The position numbers and the translations under genes are program-made. 50,190 nt of DNA from Candidatus Hodarchaeota archaeon (GTDB lineage: Archaea; Asgardarchaeota; Heimdallarchaeia; Hodarchaeales; Hodarchaeaceae): contig JAEOTQ010000135.1 of NCBI GenBank assembly GCA_016839785.1, forward strand, positions 1 through 50,190, given 5' to 3'. Under the pieces are notes generated by a model. That model ran no database searches and was not told where the DNA came from. It saw only the letters and a list, made by a program, of their open reading frames with translations. Shown here in pieces: positions 47,621-50,190 of this stretch. The first letter of the stretch is position 1. Each line of letters opens with the position of its first letter.

Positions 47621-47716
47621 CTGGAAGTATCACCCACAATAGCTGTTATTCTTTCTATAATAGTCGGTCTTCTTATATTAATCTTCAGTCTGCAAATTTC
47701 CAGGCGGAATTTGTAA
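47621..47716 (+). CDS. Candidate 31-aa single-TM microprotein (CTG start; MEVSPTIAVILSIIVGLLILIFSLQISRRNL)
   Basis: Translated by hand; AAGGT SD-like motif at 47611-47615; clean TM helix followed by RR. Confidence 0.45.
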   Translation: MEVSPTIAVILSIIVGLLILIFSLQISRRNL

Positions 47717-47859
47717 ACTGGTTACAAGTTTGATTTTATATTGGGATTCTTATAACTAATTATAACTTAGGGAAGATGTTCTACACTATTTATAGATGAT
47801 TAATTATTGAAATAGACTTATTAGTCAAGTAACTGAGTAGTGTGCAAAGTGATCTGATT

Positions 47860-48912
47860 ATGAGTCAAGAGCGCATCCAAGTTGTTTTAATGAGAATTAT
47901 TGAGGGGTTTTCGGATTATTTTATTTCTCACTTGGAAAAAACCTACCATAAGACACCTACTAAGGTAGAAGTAAAAAACATTACTGTAGAAAAGAAGCTA
48001 GGATCAACGGGCATACATATAGTTCGAGTTACCCTAGATTCCGACGTAGGTTCTGACGACGCAAGTATTGCAGTTAAAATCTATGATGAGTCAGACCAAG
48101 CTCTGGAGGTAGTTAAAAGCATCAATCTATTGGAAAATCGTCTAATGGAATTTCAAAAAAAGGGTATAGCTTCTGCCTCCGTTATTTTCTTTTCTGGTAG
48201 CGTAATAATTATGGAAGGAATACAAGGTGAAGTTTTTCGTGATTCTAAAATTCCTAAACCTCAGAAATATCGCTATGCGGGTCGAGGATTAGCTGCTTTC
48301 CATGGAGTTCAGAAAAACCGAGTTTGGTTTGATAAATATAAGTTATTATTAACCCGTTGTCTTGATTCGGCACCTATTTCCGCTGAAAAAAAGTTGCAGC
48401 TTGAAAATAGTTTTAATCGTGTCATTCCTCTTGCAGAACAAGCATCACAACATTCTGGCGGTCCAAGCTTTGGAGATTTTCATCCTGGTAATTTAATTTT
48501 CGACATTCGTGTGGGTAGAAATCCTATGATTCAAACCCACATAATAGATCCGGAATTTCTAGATATTTCCTCTGAACATGATCGATTGGAAGATATCTGC
48601 AATTTCTTTGCCGTAGAAGCTGTGGATCAATACAGAATGGACAAAACATTAACTAAACTAGCAATGAACATAAAAGCCTTCTTTACTGGGTATAAGGAAA
48701 TTCTAGCCCATAAGCAACATAGTCTTAACGATTATTATTCGAAGACCTATATTCCAATCAATTTCCACTTAGCACTGATGATATTGATGAGTATTTTGAA
48801 TATTCAGCACATGGATGATCTATTTGGCGGTGAGGTAGGTATTCAGAGAGAAATTTCTTTAAGATGTAATTTAATTGAAAAATTACTAGAAGATGATTCT
48901 TTTCCAAATTAG
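47860..48912 (+). CDS. Protein-kinase-like fold phosphotransferase (APH/choline kinase-like)
   Basis: IAVKIY, IIME, LAAFH, GDFHPGNLIF, IIDPE; likely start ATG 47860. Confidence 0.8.
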   Translation: MSQERIQVVLMRIIEGFSDYFISHLEKTYHKTPTKVEVKNITVEKKLGSTGIHIVRVTLDSDVGSDDASIAVKIYDESDQALEVVKSINLLENRLMEFQKKGIASASVIFFSGSVIIMEGIQGEVFRDSKIPKPQKYRYAGRGLAAFHGVQKNRVWFDKYKLLLTRCLDSAPISAEKKLQLENSFNRVIPLAEQASQHSGGPSFGDFHPGNLIFDIRVGRNPMIQTHIIDPEFLDISSEHDRLEDICNFFAVEAVDQYRMDKTLTKLAMNIKAFFTGYKEILAHKQHSLNDYYSKTYIPINFHLALMILMSILNIQHMDDLFGGEVGIQREISLRCNLIEKLLEDDSFPN

Positions 48913-48914
48913 GA

Positions 48915-49628
48915 TTGAACTTAATGAAACATGAAGTTCTTTACTCAGTCGCAGGAATCGCCACTCAGATTCTTGTGTCTGATGAGAATTTCTTAGTATT
49001 ATTAGACATCGGTGATGGAATACTACGTGATATTGTAGAGAGAGTCAAAACTTTTCCATTTAGAAGACCTATACATATTTTCATCACGCATGGGCATTAC
49101 GATCACTGTGGAGGATTATATTCCTTCCTTGGGTTTTTACGAATGCTTGGTCATAAACACCCTGTTTGTGTTTATTCACCAGAAGGAGGGGATGAAGTTC
49201 AAGCCATACTTAAATCCTTCCTTTCTGTTCAGAAATCTTCTCTTTCCTACCCTTTGGAAGATATTAGATTGTCTCCTGGAGATAAGGTGAAAATTAGTGC
49301 TCAAGTTGAAATTGAAAGCTATCAAATGCAGCATCGAGGTTCAATTATTAGAGTTGGAGCATTGTTACCTATTCCATCATTAGGTTATGCAATCTACTAT
49401 AATAAGGAAAAATGGGTAGCATACACAGGGGACACAGGTTATCATAGAAACACGGAATTGCTTGTTGACAATGCATCCTTCGCATATATTGAAGCAACCA
49501 ACGAAAAGGGAGAATCTAATTCATATCACTTGACACTAGACGAAGCACACAAACTCGGACGTTTGGCAAAGAATTATCGCTTAATCCATAAAAGATACGA
49601 ATCTCGCTTATTAGAACATTTATATTAG
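48915..49628 (+). CDS. MBL-fold metallo-hydrolase, RNase Z-like
   Basis: LLDIGDG, THGHYDH, YTGDT, EAT...YHLT, LIH. Confidence 0.88.
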   Translation: MNLMKHEVLYSVAGIATQILVSDENFLVLLDIGDGILRDIVERVKTFPFRRPIHIFITHGHYDHCGGLYSFLGFLRMLGHKHPVCVYSPEGGDEVQAILKSFLSVQKSSLSYPLEDIRLSPGDKVKISAQVEIESYQMQHRGSIIRVGALLPIPSLGYAIYYNKEKWVAYTGDTGYHRNTELLVDNASFAYIEATNEKGESNSYHLTLDEAHKLGRLAKNYRLIHKRYESRLLEHLY

Positions 49629-49781
49629 CGATTTTTCGTAATAATTCACTATAATAGTGGAATTAATGGACTCTCCTCACAAAACATCATCCTTCCACAC
49701 TAAAATCTATAGGTTAATATTTTAAAATTGTTCATTAGAAACCAATTCGAAATTTAAGACTTTCTCGTTGTTGAAATCAAG

Positions 49782-50190
49782 GTGCTGTCTAAAACATTCC
49801 TAAAAGATGTGGAATCAATTCATAATGATACTCATAGTGGAGCAGCTAAGATCGCACAGAGCTGTTTAATTGCACTCAAGCAAGAATGTTTGACTTCAAG
49901 TACTAAACTGTCCCGATCCTTCTTAAAAACCGCCATCCAACTTTTATTAGATACACATCCAATGGCCACTATTGAGAATGCGCTCTTACCAATATTTGTC
50001 CGCCTAGTACAACTTATGGATTCCCATCGTTTAGAAAATGGAGATCCAAAGCCTGCTATCGATATGATCTTTGCAACCAGAAGAGAACAGTTAAAGATTG
50101 GAGAAAATCAAACACAAGAAACGTTAGTAAATGTATTAAGGCAGTTTAAATCAATTTTAACTTTTTCCCACTCATCTACAGTAACAAAAG
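49782..50190 (+). CDS. eIF-2B alpha/beta/delta family protein (ribose-1,5-bisphosphate isomerase-like), 3' truncated by the window end
   Basis: Translated by hand from GTG 49782 with no stop to the end: IHNDTHSGAAKIA, HPMATIEN, ILTFSHSSTV; absent from the ORF track. Confidence 0.85.
   Translation, partial: MLSKTFLKDVESIHNDTHSGAAKIAQSCLIALKQECLTSSTKLSRSFLKTAIQLLLDTHPMATIENALLPIFVRLVQLMDSHRLENGDPKPAIDMIFATRREQLKIGENQTQETLVNVLRQFKSILTFSHSSTVTK

Noticed and set aside
118-49290. Short overlapping ORFs in the track (e.g. 155..397, 1525..1707, 1727..2017, 7353..7826, 16167..16514, 25298..25585, 33435..33737)
   Set aside because: They are antisense or off-frame shadows of well-supported genes, with no motifs of their own.
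1-50190. CRISPR arrays, tRNA/rRNA genes, IS elements, selenoprotein TGA codons
   Set aside because: By eye I found no spaced direct repeats, GC-rich structured RNA islands, transposase motifs or TGA-interrupted conserved domains. Small RNAs could have been missed.

Overview
AT-rich, densely coding archaeal chromosomal segment, most likely from an Asgard archaeon (possibly Heimdallarchaeia/Hodarchaeales; inferred from Arf-like and Rab-like small GTPases, a longin-like protein, LRR/TPR proteins, TrmB, DHH and eIF2B-family genes, and GGTGA-type Shine-Dalgarno motifs). The left ~22 kb is an accessory-looking patchwork of short genes: two TIGR04076 paralogs, isochorismatase, DUF1801, MarR, an N-acylamino-acid racemase/GNAT/D-aminoacylase operon, PGI, rhodanese/polyferredoxin and VOC. 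A collapsed 2-oxoacid dehydrogenase pseudogene follows, then more core-like genes (rpiA, acyl-CoA ligase, TPR-HAD-S8-DHH operon, two GT4, a surface protein, adk, GT2, Rab-like GTPase, kinase, MBL hydrolase, partial eIF2B-family gene). I could not support any rRNA, tRNA, CRISPR array or transposase. Top leads: (1) a co-oriented Arf-GTPase/winged-helix fusion, ICMT-family methyltransferase and prenyltransferase-beta-repeat gene, echoing eukaryotic CaaX processing; (2) a gene behind the Rab-like GTPase with a motif pattern resembling kinetochore CENP-N/Chl4; (3) a subtilase with site-1-protease-like architecture; (4) a perfect 62-bp fold-back at the window start. All family calls come from motif recognition by eye, not database searches.
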